Part shown: positions 37,501 to 49,900 of the stretch, one piece after another
Numbering within the stretch: the first letter of the stretch is position 1
Layout of the letters: every line of letters starts with the position of its first letter
DNA from: Mobula hypostoma
Lineage: Eukaryota
DNA: 64,000 nt
Direction: 5' to 3'
NCBI RefSeq assembly: GCF_963921235.1
Contig: NC_086097.1
Span: forward strand, 145,764,001 to 145,828,000
Translations under genes and position numbers: made by a program
The notes under the pieces: generated by a model
Database searches by the model: none
Seen by the model: the letters and a program-made list of their open reading frames with translations, nothing else
Told to the model about the DNA's origin: nothing

Positions 37501-39573
37501 TGCTCTTCTCTGGAGGGGTACTTGAATTGGTGTCTGACAGACAATTGGCAAGAATGCTGAGGCCAAATTGAAAAATTATTTCCTTCAAAGATGTGCAAGT
37601 TTTTCCTGTCTCCTTAACTTGACAATGAACTTAAGCATCAGTATGGGGGCGGGGGGGGGGGAAGAAGAGGAGGGGTGTCCAATTAATATTATAACTGTGC
37701 TTCATATCAGAAGCTGCTCACTGTCTGCTGTGAGATTGTACTTTCAGAATCGGTGCTTGTTGATCCTCTACAAATGATGGTAGCTCACCAGGATAATACA
37801 GAATAAATAAATCTCCTATATAAACCCAAGGCAAGAAACAAAAAAGGATGAATGAAAACCAAAAATGATCAACATAAAAAAGTGATTTCAACATTTTTCT
37901 CCCCCCAAAAAAAAATACCAATGTGAAAAATGGGAAACTGGACACGTGGAGCCTCAGCACATAAAATAATACTGAACAAATGGCTAACTGCAATTATATT
38001 TCCTGTCAGGTTTCTTGTTTTTGAGGCACTCATATGCCATGCTGTCTTTTGAAGACAAATTTACACATCTCAGTGCTATCTTAAGCAGAATATTAGGCTC
38101 AAGGCTCATTGTGTTATTGCAGGAATGCTTTTTTTTCCTGTGGCAGTAACACAACATGGTCTATTACTTTTATACATTACTACATTAACTATTGATTCTG
38201 CACAATACAGTATACAGAGAATTCTCAGATCACCAGTACACATGGCACGTACAGATCCACCAAGTTACAACAGAGTTCCAACCACGTGAACTGTTCATAA
38301 CCCTAGTTTGCAATTGGAAATGTGGCCATGAATATAGTTCACATGTAGCAGGAGATTCCTGCAGCCTCACAGAGGCCAGCAAATCCATCCCGGTGTTCTC
38401 CTGAAGCTCGTTTTGTAGGTCCTGGCTGGGTGCAAGTCAGGTGTTTATAAGTTGGGAAGGACCTGTACAATCCCACATTTAGTAAACCTCATGTTTCTCC
38501 TGCTTAAATCAACTAACTATGCAGATTTTTCTATTCCCTACTAATTGACCGCCGAATTGTCAATTTAGTTTCAGGGATTAGTTGCCATAATGAATGTCTA
38601 ACCTTGAATATGATAGCATACACCTTCATAATGGGAAGGGAAGCAAGAATGATTCACAGCACAAATTCCCACCATTTAAAGTGAGAGTGATACTATCAGT
38701 ATTTGTCAGAAACCATGGGTTTTAAATGATAATACTTGAAAGTCTTGTATCAGCACATCAGGCCTTGGTCTCAATGCTCAGTGAACAGTGAAGAACAATA
38801 AAGAATGGGAATCTAACTGTACAAAATGATGAAGCTTCTGCCGAACGTTGTACAAGATCACAGTCAGTCCCATTTACTGGCTTTCCTCATAGCTTTGTAT
38901 TTTATTCACCTTTAAAGGTAGTTGTCCACTTCCAATTTGCAAGCCATGATTAATCTACTTCACTCTGTCAGACAACAAACTCTAGATCATAAATATTCAC
39001 AAAGATGATTTTCGTGTCATCCTTAGTTCTTTTGTGAATGATATATCTACATCTTCTCGTACTCAGACCTTTGAGCAACAGGAGCAGTTTCTCTTCATTC
39101 AGTTTAGGCCCTTGATGAATTTTAACACTTTCTAAAATTATTTAATGCCACAAATCATGGCTGAAATGGGTAGGAAATAATTTGAACAATTAGTGATATT
39201 ATGACACTAGAAGAGAAAAGTAGAGAGGTAAACAGCTCAGTTTTAAAGGATCCCAAGAATAGCTAAACTCATGATAAAGAGAACATGTCGCATCCTGGAC
39301 TGTACAGTATCTTGCAATGAGCTCCCTAACAATGATTAAGAATTTATTTCGGTACTTACGGGTAAAAGGCGTTGAAGGGAAAGCTGTAGCATGTCTAGAT
39401 GTCCACGTTTCATCACAACAGCTGTCATCATCAGAGTCCCAGGAGGACAAAGAGCAAGAAGTTGTGGAGGAAGATGAAGAAGAGGGCGAGTTGGAGGCTG
39501 ATGAAGGAGATGACGAGGAGTAACAAGGATCACCCTCCACTTCTTCAAACTTTCGTTTCAGAAGTCCACTCAT
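30479..39573 (-). CDS. CSRNP1: Cysteine/serine-rich nuclear protein 1 (AXUD1); spliced CDS join(39573-39360, 37029-36770, 36185-35889, 31510-30479), 600 aa
   Basis: N-terminus [11 protein letters not shown] plus Ser-rich tract and WDSDDD. Conserved CSRNP domain [30 protein letters not shown]; Cys-rich [44 protein letters not shown]-terminus [26 protein letters not shown] and the C-terminus favour CSRNP1 over CSRNP2/3. All junctions are GT-AG and in phase. Confidence 0.93.
31690..32900. mobile_element. Old CR1-like fragments in the last CSRNP1 intron
   Basis: Degenerate similarity to the CR1 3' end on minus (~31690-32040) and plus (~32130-32900). Confidence 0.45.
35889..36185 (-). CDS. CSRNP1: CSRNP1 coding exon 3 (LTKNGT...GIKCQ)
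   Basis: Acceptor ACCAG|TTG, donor CAA|GTAAGT; 297 bp, phase 0/0. Confidence 0.92.
36770..37029 (-). CDS. CSRNP1: CSRNP1 coding exon 2 (PMPILKK...LKLQ)
   Basis: Acceptor TTTTGTTGCAG|CT, donor CAG|GTACAA; 260 bp, phase 1/0. Confidence 0.92.
39360..39573 (-). CDS. CSRNP1: CSRNP1 first coding exon (MSGLLKRKF...TPFT)
   Basis: GCCATGA start context; donor C|GTAAGT at 39359; polypyrimidine acceptor ~25 nt upstream of the ATG (exon start ~39598). Confidence 0.92.
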
Positions 39574-41145
39574 GGCAAAATATGGTTGGGTCACACTTCT
39601 GCTTAAAAGAATATCAAGAAAAGAAAAATGCATTTAAATTATTTTCACAATTCACATGCTTCCGCAAAATTTTCATTTAAGAATAACCTTTCCAAAGTGT
39701 CTCATTTGCAGCTTAAGACTTACGATCTGATTTCAATGATTTACTGTATATTTAATAACAGCTTTGAGGGACACTTTGACATTTAGCAATTTGTGCCTTT
39801 AAATTGTGAATGAAAAATGGGTGGGGAAGTGAACTGAACACTGGAAGCAAGTTCTCATTTTGCTTTCACTGTTGAATAAGCCTCCTCATTCAACAAAGGG
39901 GCTAGTAGGTCATTGGTTATGTCATGCCAGTGGTCAGAACTAATAACCCAAAGAATGTCTGTTCAAGTTCCACAAAAGGCAGTTTAATAAAGCGCATTTT
40001 ATAAAATACCTGGAGATGAAAACATGGTATCATTCAAAAAGTGAAATCAAAGCTACAGCACTGATTATAATCCAATCGATTGACTGACCTATTACTTTTA
40101 GGGAACAAAAGGTGCCAGTTCCACCTAGTCCTGTCCACACAACTTCAACCCTGGAAAATCTCATCACAGCAAGCCACTTAATGATTATCAAATCACTACT
40201 TTGAAAGATGATTAGCTGATAGGGAAGCAAGGCACAGGCACTAATTGCAGCTTCACCAATAGTGTTCACAACCGCAAATGAATAAAACAAAGGTGTTGTC
40301 ATGAGGGAACTGAGGTATTTTACACAGGTTAGAATGGACATGGGACAAAAGGATCAGACTTTTTACAGGCCCACTTATCTGAAGGCTGAAGAAAGCAAAA
40401 ATCCAGCAGTAATATTATACCCAAAATTAATTTTAAAATGCCTATATATTCTGGCAAGATGCTATTTATTTGACGAAAGAAAATTCCTATTGAGGACATG
40501 CTGTTAGATTTCAAATTCCTCAATCCTAACATAAGAAAAATTACATTCTAACCTTTTCATTCATATCCCCTAATTTGCCTGATTGCTGAGTAAAGAGTTT
40601 AGGTACAGCCACAAAGTTCCATGTCCTAGAGTCAGATGGGGAAGCTGAAATTAGAGGAGCAATGGGTGGGGGACGTTGATTGAGGAAGATGCTGGTTCTA
40701 GCTGTTCCCTCCTTGTTAAGAATGGGAAATGTTCTCGAACTTATTTTAAGACTATCAGTCAAAAGAATGGTGAAATCAACTCCAGTGTTCTAATCATGGA
40801 GGAGATCAGTCATGGGCCACAGCTGTGATTTTTGTTCTCTTATCAGGCAACAAGCCACAGGGAACTTGTGTGTTTTTTTAGTTTTTTTTAATGGTTTTGG
40901 ATGTGGCAGTGTGTTTTCCTCTCCAAGTATTCTGAAATTTTTGTAGCAATGGAATGCAGCATCTGATTTACACACAGCATGTCGTATAAAGAACAGCCAG
41001 ATAACATGATGCATTTGGCAGATAAATATCAGCCAGGCTAAAGGTTCAGATGATACCTTTGCAAAACACCATTGTAAAGACGTTACTAAATAGGAATAGA
41101 ATCTCATTTCAGCTCCCAGCCAGTTGCAATATTACTCAATATTTA

Positions 41146-41497
41146 TAGAAACATAGAAAACCTACAGCACAATACAGGCCCTTCGGCCCACAATGCTGCG
41201 CCGAACATATCCAAACCTTAGAAATTACCTACGGTTACCCATAGCCCTCTATTTTTCTGAGCTCCATGTACCTGTCCAGGAGTCTCTTAAAAGTCCCTAT
41301 CGTATCTGCCTCCACCACCATTGCCAGCAGCCAATTCCATGCACTCACCACTCTCTGCGTAAAAAACTTACCCCTGACATCTCCTCTGTACCTACTTCCA
41401 AGCACCTTAAAACTGTGCCCTCTCGTGCTAGCTATTTCAGCCCTGGGAAAAAGCCTCTGACTATCCACACGATCAATGCCACTCAACATCTGATACA
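41146..41497 (-). mobile_element. CR1 3' fragment (young)
   Basis: ORF 41235-41498 GIDRVDSQRLFPRAE..TRGHSFKV..FFTQRVVSAWN; CTATGTTTCTA tail. Confidence 0.85.
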
Positions 41498-41984
41498 CAC
41501 AATCTTTCTGTTAAAATCTATATTAATTACACCATCAGCTCTCAGTAATGACTGGGAATACAAGTAAGTAAATCAAAAATTAAACTGCCTGCTTTCTGAG
41601 AACTGAAGTAAAATATCTCTTACATCTGAAATCTATTCATTCTCTGCTACATGCCTGATAGGGAAAGAATCAGGATGTGGCACCAAGTCATTCAGACTAA
41701 AAGATCCTAGAGTCATTTTCTGATGTGCACTGAATTAGCCCTCATCGGGAGAAGAGGGAAGGGACTGATGGCCAGAAACACGTCAGGTATAACTGTCTAT
41801 GACTTGGATAAAAACAAAAACCAGCTGAAGATCCTGGTCAGTTTCTGCTGCTCAGTGGAATCATAGTAGATGTGGCTGCGATTGCTCCCAGTAAACGAAT
41901 GGCCAGGGTTTACGTACAGATAACAAGCAAGAGCAATCGATAATAATGCAGATCAGCTTCTAGCTGGGGAGTAAAAACAGATAA

Positions 41985-42530
41985 AGTTCAAAGTAAATGT
42001 ATTCCCAAAGAAACATATGTCACCATATACGACCCCGAGATTCATTTTCTTGCAGGCATTCACAGTAAATACAAAGAAACACAATAGAATAAATGGAAAA
42101 AACAAATGAGCAAAAAGGGAAAAAACTAAACAAAATAATAATAATAAATAAGGAATAACTATCAAGAACACGAGTTTAAGAGTCCTTGAAAGTGAGTCTA
42201 TAGTTTGTGAGATAAGTGTGGGGGGTGAGAGAAGTTGAGTGTAGTTATCCTCTCTGGTTCAAGAACCTGATGGTTGAGGAACATTAACTGTTCCTGCACC
42301 CAGTGGTGTGGGACCTGGGGCTTCTGCACCTCCTTTCTGACTCAGCAATGAATAGAGTGCATGACCTGGATGTCGGGGGTCCTTGATGATTGATGTTGCA
42401 TTCCTGCAACAGTGCTCCTTGGAGATGTGCTCAGTGGTGGGCAGGGTTTTACCTGTGATGGACTGGGCCGTATCCGTTGGTTTTTGTAGGCTTTTCTGTT
42501 TACGGGCATCAGTGTTTCTGAGTCTGTGAA
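41985..42530 (-). mobile_element. Rex/Babar-like LINE 3' fragment
   Basis: Similar to 23160-23512; remnant of the IIKDP-H region near 42370-42400. Confidence 0.5.
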
Positions 42531-44484
42531 GATCATTGGTAAATGGGTATTTTCATATAAATCAGGTATGACTTCTCTTGGCATCAGGTTGTTGCATTGA
42601 TGTGTTTCACAAAGATAGGGGTGGGAGGTCTGAGGCACTGAGTTTTTGCTGTATGCATTTCCTTCTTCAAAGCATATTAACAGTTAATTATGCAATGAAG
42701 TCAGGTGACCCCTTTATCGGCCAAGCCACGTGGGCGTGCAGCTTCCCTCACCTCAAATGGTTACAGCCTTTCCACAATCACCTTTTCTTCTTGATATCAG
42801 CACACATTTGATCAGATTTACCGATTTCAGCTAAGTTACAGACCTGTAACTTAATAGCTGAAAGGGATAATTCCTTAAAACATTGTAGTCTATGCTGAAA
42901 ATTTTCTCAGTGCCATTAGATAGGAACGTCTTGGATTTGATCCAAAGTTAAAGGTTCAGCAGTACACAAAGTCATATCATGGAAATATATACTGGACTTT
43001 ACGGGAACTTGAATGTGCACAAAGTAATCTGAGAATAAGTACACATAAACAACAACTTACTCAAGAGTCACTGTGGGACCGGGAATTTACTACACATGAC
43101 TCAGTAGAGTATACTCGTAACCCAGATGATTTGTATTCCCTCCACCAGCGTGATTCTGCAAACTTTGCAGCAAGTATGTGGGTGGAAATGCCTGTCAATG
43201 GAAACACGTCTAAGCTATTCCTGCAAGATCTCATTATGATTCACGCCTTGTATATGTGGCAACATTTACTCGAGCAAAATTAAACACGAGTCTACTAATG
43301 ATGTGATGATCACGGCTGAGAGAAAAGGGCTCCACAAGTGTTCAGAGGGAGCTGTGATAAAAGTGTGATATGAATGTCACAATATTCATGAAACACATGA
43401 TATTCCTTTGAAAGTTAATGATCTTAAGATTATTAATAGACTTCTGAAGTGGCTCATTGAGTGAGAATGTCAAGAGACAATGATGCACCAATGTATCATA
43501 TGCTTTGCACACACTAATCTCAGGATAATTCATACCAATGAGTACTTGTGCTATGGCAAAGCCAAGTGACAGTTTCCCTCCTTACGGAGCAAGCGGCAAG
43601 TCAAAGCCCTAAGAGGCGATCCTGATGAAACTTGGTCAGTGGCTTACGCATCTTGGAAGTGCGCCTGATAAAACTATGGGACATGAACACTTGGGGAATT
43701 TGACTTCGGAGTCCCACGACTTTGGACAACAGTGATGCCTGTTCTCAATGGTGTAAATTACTGGCCTGCTCTGTGGAGCAATGAGTGCATCGATACAATA
43801 CAGTGCAAAAACTAAGACACCCTTCGCTTATACCCATTACAATCATCACTGGAAATTGTGCAATATCAGTAATTGTTCAGAACAGAATCCATCTGGTTAG
43901 GCAAAAGAAAACTCAAGTTAATGTCTTGTTCAGTTCCGGTGGAAATAGGGCAGACTATTACACACCTATTTAATATGTGTACGGTAATACAAAAATATAC
44001 TTTGGCTAACTAGTAGCACTCTTAAAATGTGGGTTCAAGCAGCAGTGGCTTGGCAGGGAGCGCTGCAACCTCACAGGTCCAGCAACCCAGATTGAATCAT
44101 CATCCTCAGCATGACTGGGTGGGGTGCCCCACCCTCAACCTCCAACATACATACACACGCCCTCCCCTCACAGCCGCTCCCATTTCCTCTCACAAGCATG
44201 TGGGTTGGTTCACTGAACAAGAGGGACAGGCCCTTTGGCCTGTAATGGTCGATATCCTTCCATACCCTGCCTGTGTATGAGTTAAGTGGGGACTGGAAAT
44301 TATCTGTGATGCTACGGGGAGTATTATTGGGAAATGTGAGTGCACTGTGAGCTGGAAAGGTCAAAATAACCTCCCAAAACATGAAGAAATATGGAACAAG
44401 ATTAAACTGAGCTCCCATTTGCCTACTTAGCATTAGATAAGCGTCCTGAACAATATTTAACCCCCAAACCAATCCTATCGAACA

Positions 44485-44866
44485 CTGTGGTGACAATCCT
44501 TTAGTCTCGCAAGACCATGGATCTATGCCTGGAAAGGTTCTCCAGGGCGCAGGCCTGGGCAAGGTTGTATGGAAGACCGGCAGTTGCCCATGCTGCGAGT
44601 CTCCCCTCTCCACAACATCGATGTTGTCCAAGGGAAGGTCAAAGGCCGATACAGCTTGGCACCAGTGTCGACGCAGGAGTTGTCAGAACAAGGTTGAAGG
44701 CAACGTCGAACTGCCTTAGGGACTCCAGCTCCGGATTTGTCCTCAGGGTTTACCCCCGAAGCCTTTCCCATGAGTGGGTATGGCCGCAAGGCAGCGGAGG
44801 TTTGAAATCAGAGCTTTCCCTCTCTTAGATGGACTGCCTTCCCAGGCTGACGAGCTCCATCTACCT
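44485..44866 (-). mobile_element. RTE-derived non-autonomous element (5' UTR joined to 3' tail)
   Basis: Minus strand begins GGTAGATGGAGCTCGTCAGCCTGGGAAGGCAGTCCATCTAAGAGAGGGAAAGCTCTGATTTCAAACC (RTE 5' motif) and ends ..AGATCCATGGTCTTGCGAGACTAAAGGAT (RTE-like 3' end); CpG-rich. Confidence 0.55.
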
Positions 44867-45659
44867 GAACATAACCCACTTTTTAAAATCACATTTCTAT
44901 TTATGGGAACGCTCTGTACACAACTAGCTGCCTATAAAGCCAACATTGCAACAGTGATCCTCTTTCAAAAGGACCTTATTGACGGTAAAATATTCAGTCA
45001 AGTACTGGTAGTGAAAGGCACTTTTTAAATATAATTCTTTTCCTTCACCATTGTAGTTGATTTGTCACTGGCAGTGAGAATGGTTAATCACTAGAATCAT
45101 TTTGTGCTTGACTGGTTATAGACGTCCCACTTACGAATGCCAGACAAAATACTCAGAACTATTCCAATACGTGTTATCATGCAGCTACTGGCCGCCTTTG
45201 CTGTTGCCTGGCAACGCACGGGCTGGGACAACCGGGAAAATTCACTCTGTCACTGATCAGTCATTAAAGATATGAGCACGTGATTCGCATTCTCCGAACA
45301 GTGCAGCTTTGGTGTTTTACAATAGTACCTGGAAGTTAATTGTACTCAAACAGCTGTCCAGGTTCCACAGCCACAAAGACAGGACTAGATTGAACAGGGT
45401 GATCTGCCTCATCGTTATGCCTTAATGCAAACACAACGTCAGAATATTAAACCATAAAAATCTGGATGAACAAGTCTGCAATTTTTGGGGCATCCATATT
45501 TTATTCAAAAAAAAGCAATTACAGGGCAAAACTGATACTGCAAAATCTGCTGTCAGCTCAGAAATTCTCTCCCACATGAAATGCAAGGACTGTGCACCAG
45601 ATGTAGATGTACGAATAGAGATTGACCAGTTTTGATTTTGTATTTCTCGTACCAATCCC

Positions 45660-46395
45660 AACCCTACTATCAAACCCGCAGACAAAAGGGGGCACTGTTG
45701 TAGTGTGGCAGACCAACCATTACCTTGTGAAGGTCAGGCAGCAACTCAGACACCACTCTGGACCATCAATCCACTGCCTCCCGCACTATCACTAACCTCA
45801 TCGATTCTGGAGATTTTCCATCCACCGCCACCAAACTCACAGCTCCTTTACCCTGCAATGCTCATTTCTACCTCCTAACCAAGATCCACGACCCTGACTG
45901 TGCTGGTAGGCCTATTGTCTCTACCTGCTCCTGCCCAACTGAACTTGTGTCTTCATACCTCAACTCTATTCTACCAACCCCACCCCCCGGCTTCAGTCCC
46001 TTCCCACCTACATCCGCACTTCTCATGCTCTTGATTTCCCCAACAACTTTCAACTCCCTGGCCCTGAATGCTTCGTTTTCACCATGGATGTCCAATTCTG
46101 AGACACTTATTTCCCCACCAAGACCTTGAAAGCTTTTTGCCTTTCTTGACAAGACCCAACCGGTTCCCTTCCACCACCACCCTCCTCCTCCATTTAACAA
46201 ACTGGTACTCACCCTCAACAATTCCTCTTTTGGCTCCTCCCACTCTCTCCAAACTCAAGGGGTAGCCATGGGCACGCACATGGGCCCCAGCTATATCTGC
46301 CTTTTTGTTGGGTACTTGGAACAGTCCATGTTCCAAATCTTCCCTGGTAATGCTCCCCAACTCTTTCTGCACTACATGTCTACTGCATTGGTGTT
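45660..46395 (+). pseudogene. Penelope-like reverse transcriptase fragment (degenerate)
   Basis: Motifs IKPADK-GG-VVV (frameshifted), FYLLTKIHDPDCAGRPIVS, FTMDV, LTLNNSSF, QTQGVAMGTHMGPSYICLFVGYLE match PLE RT motifs. Confidence 0.8.
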
Positions 46396-46399
46396 CCTT

Positions 46400-46982
46400 A
46401 AAAACCATAAAAAGACAAACTGTGTATCAAATTATGTGTTTATCTGAAATACAGAACAAATTAAAACACTACCAATAGTACTACAGTATTATTCTAAAAA
46501 GTGTATTAGTTCCTAATAGTTATTGATGGAAGAATTCATCCAGTATATACAATTAACAAAGTCAGAACAAACACCTAGTGCAGATCTGGACTGCCTTCAT
46601 ACAATGCTATCACGATTGTATCCTCCAAATCTTTAATTTCATTGTAACTTTCAAGATGACTGCTGACGTCTTCCAATTCCTCGTAGATCCTAACTTCTAA
46701 CTTGAAGTAGTGAAATTGTTTTATTTTCACTATTTTTAATAAACTACACGCAAATAACACTATTAAAAACTGGTGACTCTAAGCACGGTGTAGCGTCTAA
46801 CGGCCACTCAAGTGCACGCTACTGACGCTAATTAGAACCTGTTCGGCAATAGTCTCCTGCCCCAATTGAGCAACATAGTGTCCTAAGTAAACGAAGGAAA
46901 TCCTGGCAATTTTCTTGATTAGTTTTTGTTCTTTAAGAGTTGTCCCAAATAAGCAGCTGCCCCGATTAACTGGAATCCACTG
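46400..46982. mobile_element. Probable Tc1/mariner (Tigger-like) DNA transposon fragment
   Basis: Ends ...CCCGATTAACTGGAATCCACTG (CAGTG-type terminus); internal segment 46420-46550 is similar to 15460-15580. Confidence 0.45.
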
Positions 46983-49900
46983 CTTTTATAAAAGATATGG
47001 TTTTCATTTTAATTTCTTAGAACTGATACAGATGTATTTGGAATGAGTTAATGTACAACATCAAGGATTAATTAACCGAATTATAACCTCACACTAAGAC
47101 AATACTACCAACCTCTTTTTAAAAAAAAGTTGGAAAGCAATAGGCAGTGGGATGCTGAGCCAACATCAAACTGATATTTTGAATACTGTTATCAGAAAAG
47201 CCTTTTTACCTTAACCAACACGAATCTTGAACTTGAAGACACGGCAGATAATTTCGACACACAATGCAGTGAGAAAGTGACCAAACAGCAGTCTTTTTCT
47301 ATCTTAAAGAAAGATTGTGTTGTTGGATGAACATTCGTCATGACCAGGGGAAATACGTCAACCTGCTAAAGAAAGCTGCATCCCATTGATATAGCTGATT
47401 GAGCTTTACTTCAGTCCTTCATTGGAAGAGAGCTCCTTCAAAACTGCCAACAAAATGTACAGGAGCATCAGTGTGGGACTGCACTGGTGAAGGACAGGTA
47501 GAAACAGCCGTGAGCTCTCTTGCTGAAAGACCTTCACTGCTTGGCTAATTTGGTGGAAACTCGGCCTGCCATTTGTCAGCCCAAATCTGAATTTTAAGGA
47601 GGTCAAACATGAAAATGCTCACTGTCAGAGGAATTACAAATTAAGTAAAGAATTGTAAATCAGTAATAAGCAGCACCATTTTCAAACTTTATGATGCAGA
47701 GAAAGTTAATGAACCACTGCTTGGAACAAGGATGCTGTACTTGTAAGGATGCAAGTGCACTAGCTATACCAGTGCTAATGATGGGCTTTGATTACAACTG
47801 CTGCATTGTGAGTCAAGCGTTTTGAAACTGACCACCAGAGTAGTTTTACTATTAAGCCCCTTGGTGCTGTACTTGGTTAAACACTGACTTGTGCTGTTAG
47901 TCTTTCCTGTTCTTCAACTCTATGTCAGAATCAATGATGGAAAAATAGAACAATCCAAATATTTTGGTGGAAACCAAAATTACTGTCAGTCAGCAGAATT
48001 TAGGTGAATGGTTGCTGATGACACCACTGATTATTTCTTTCATCACTGAAGATAAGTGGAAGATGGTACTACGATGCTAATTGTACCACAAGGCTTCCTG
48101 CTATGGGATTTGTTGCTCCATTGTTGTATAAGACACTACCCATCTAATAACCTAAAAGCACTTAAATCATTGCTCTTGTTCTATACAGAGAATATCTTAG
48201 GAGCCAGGAGGCAAGACAGAGCATCAAAGTAAAATGTAGACCTATCCATGATTCTTTTTTCCAAGAGTATCACTTTCCCTCTCAAAGAAATGCTAACATT
48301 TTCATGTTTTATTTGACACGAAGTTACAACTGGGATACGGCAATTCCCTCTGGTAATGTTGGCAGTCAGTCTTTTCCTTCCTGGCTTTAATCCAAAACAG
48401 ATGGAGCCTCTTGCTTCAGATTCTATAGCTTGTGGCATATAGATACCTCACTGAGGAAAATAACGGACTACCAGAACTACACACAATTTTCTGTTATGTT
48501 TTGTAACTCCAAAACAAAATACTAATTAATAGAAAAAAAACATGAGAAAACATGTACACTTCATTTCTTTAGTGAGATGCATGGTGGCACAATGAGGTAT
48601 ACCATTCACACTTTTACATATACACTGTGAAGAATTATGTAAACAAAGAATACTTAATGAAACAATACATTTACAATATTACTCAATAATTACTGAAATA
48701 CTAAATACATATTTTCTATGTGCAAACCCCAAATCTTTTTTTTAAAATGAAGGTTTCCCAACTTTTAACAGTTTAAATTCAAGGACTCAAGTTACAAAAA
48801 ATCAGCAGAATAAATTATTTCATAGGCACTGCCCCCTGGTGGAATAAATTGCAATATCTTTAACAGAGCAAATACTGGACAAAAAAATTGCTTTCTATCC
48901 TGACTCGACTGCCAAAGAACATTCTGTTCCTTGGCTCCATTTAAACTGTCTGTTTTAGTAAAAATAAACAGTGGAACAGAGAGAACCCACAGGAATTTTC
49001 TGTTGGCTCTGCAACTCCCACTCAGCCTGGAACAGTGTATTACAAGTATTGCACCCAGATGGGTTTGAAATTTCCTTTGTATTGAGGGGGAGGTGGCACC
49101 AGCAAGGGAGAAGATTACAAATCAGTGCAGCTTTAAAAAAACCATGGCCAACTGGGATCTACTCCTGCTCCAACAAGAGCACTGGCTTTTATAATGAACT
49201 GCATCACATCCTCAAGATATCTCACAGCACAACCAATTAGTGTCTTGAAGCCATCCTTAACTATGTAAACAAACACTAAATGGCACAGAGAGATCCCAAA
49301 TACAACCAATGAGAGAGATGACCTACAAATCATTTTTTTATATGGTTAAACCAAAAATTTGTGGCAATCTCCCTGCACATTTGACAGCAACAGTCAAAAC
49401 AATGTCTTGGTGTAAAGTTGCTTCAGACAACTCCTCTGCCAAAACCTCAAGCACTGCACTGAATATTAGCTTGATTATGTAGTTAGATCTATGGGGGCGG
49501 GCCTTAAAAATTAATTCATCAAGAAGAAAAGATTTAGAGACCATCTCTGGGCAGCTCCACCAATGAGATCATTGTCCCACTTTTTTTTTAGCTCAGGGAG
49601 CCACTTCAGCATTGAGTATCACCAGTTCTGGTGAAAAGCAAGGTACAGCTCTGTGTGGAATATGTTTTCAGTCAAGTGTGGTGGTGGAAAACTGACAGCA
49701 TTGCTGATTGAGGCAGCAAGCCTACAAGGAATCAAACGGTGGAAACTAGGAGAAGGCCATACAGCCTCTGAGTCACCTCTACCACAATCATCCAGAACTC
49801 ATTACTCTGTTCTGGTGCGTTGCTTCGGATTTCCAGTATCTGCAGTTTCGTGTCGCTTCTCCTGCTTTCTTCTTATAACACTAGAAGTGTACACTTTTCT

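Noticed and set aside
43622..43675. CTGATGAAAC / CTGATAAAAC repeats as a hammerhead or C/D snoRNA
   Set aside because: No compatible stems or box arrangement found.
44847..44870. CTGACGA as another hammerhead core
   Set aside because: No stem II followed by GAAA and no NUH with stem I; it is part of the RTE-like hairpin.
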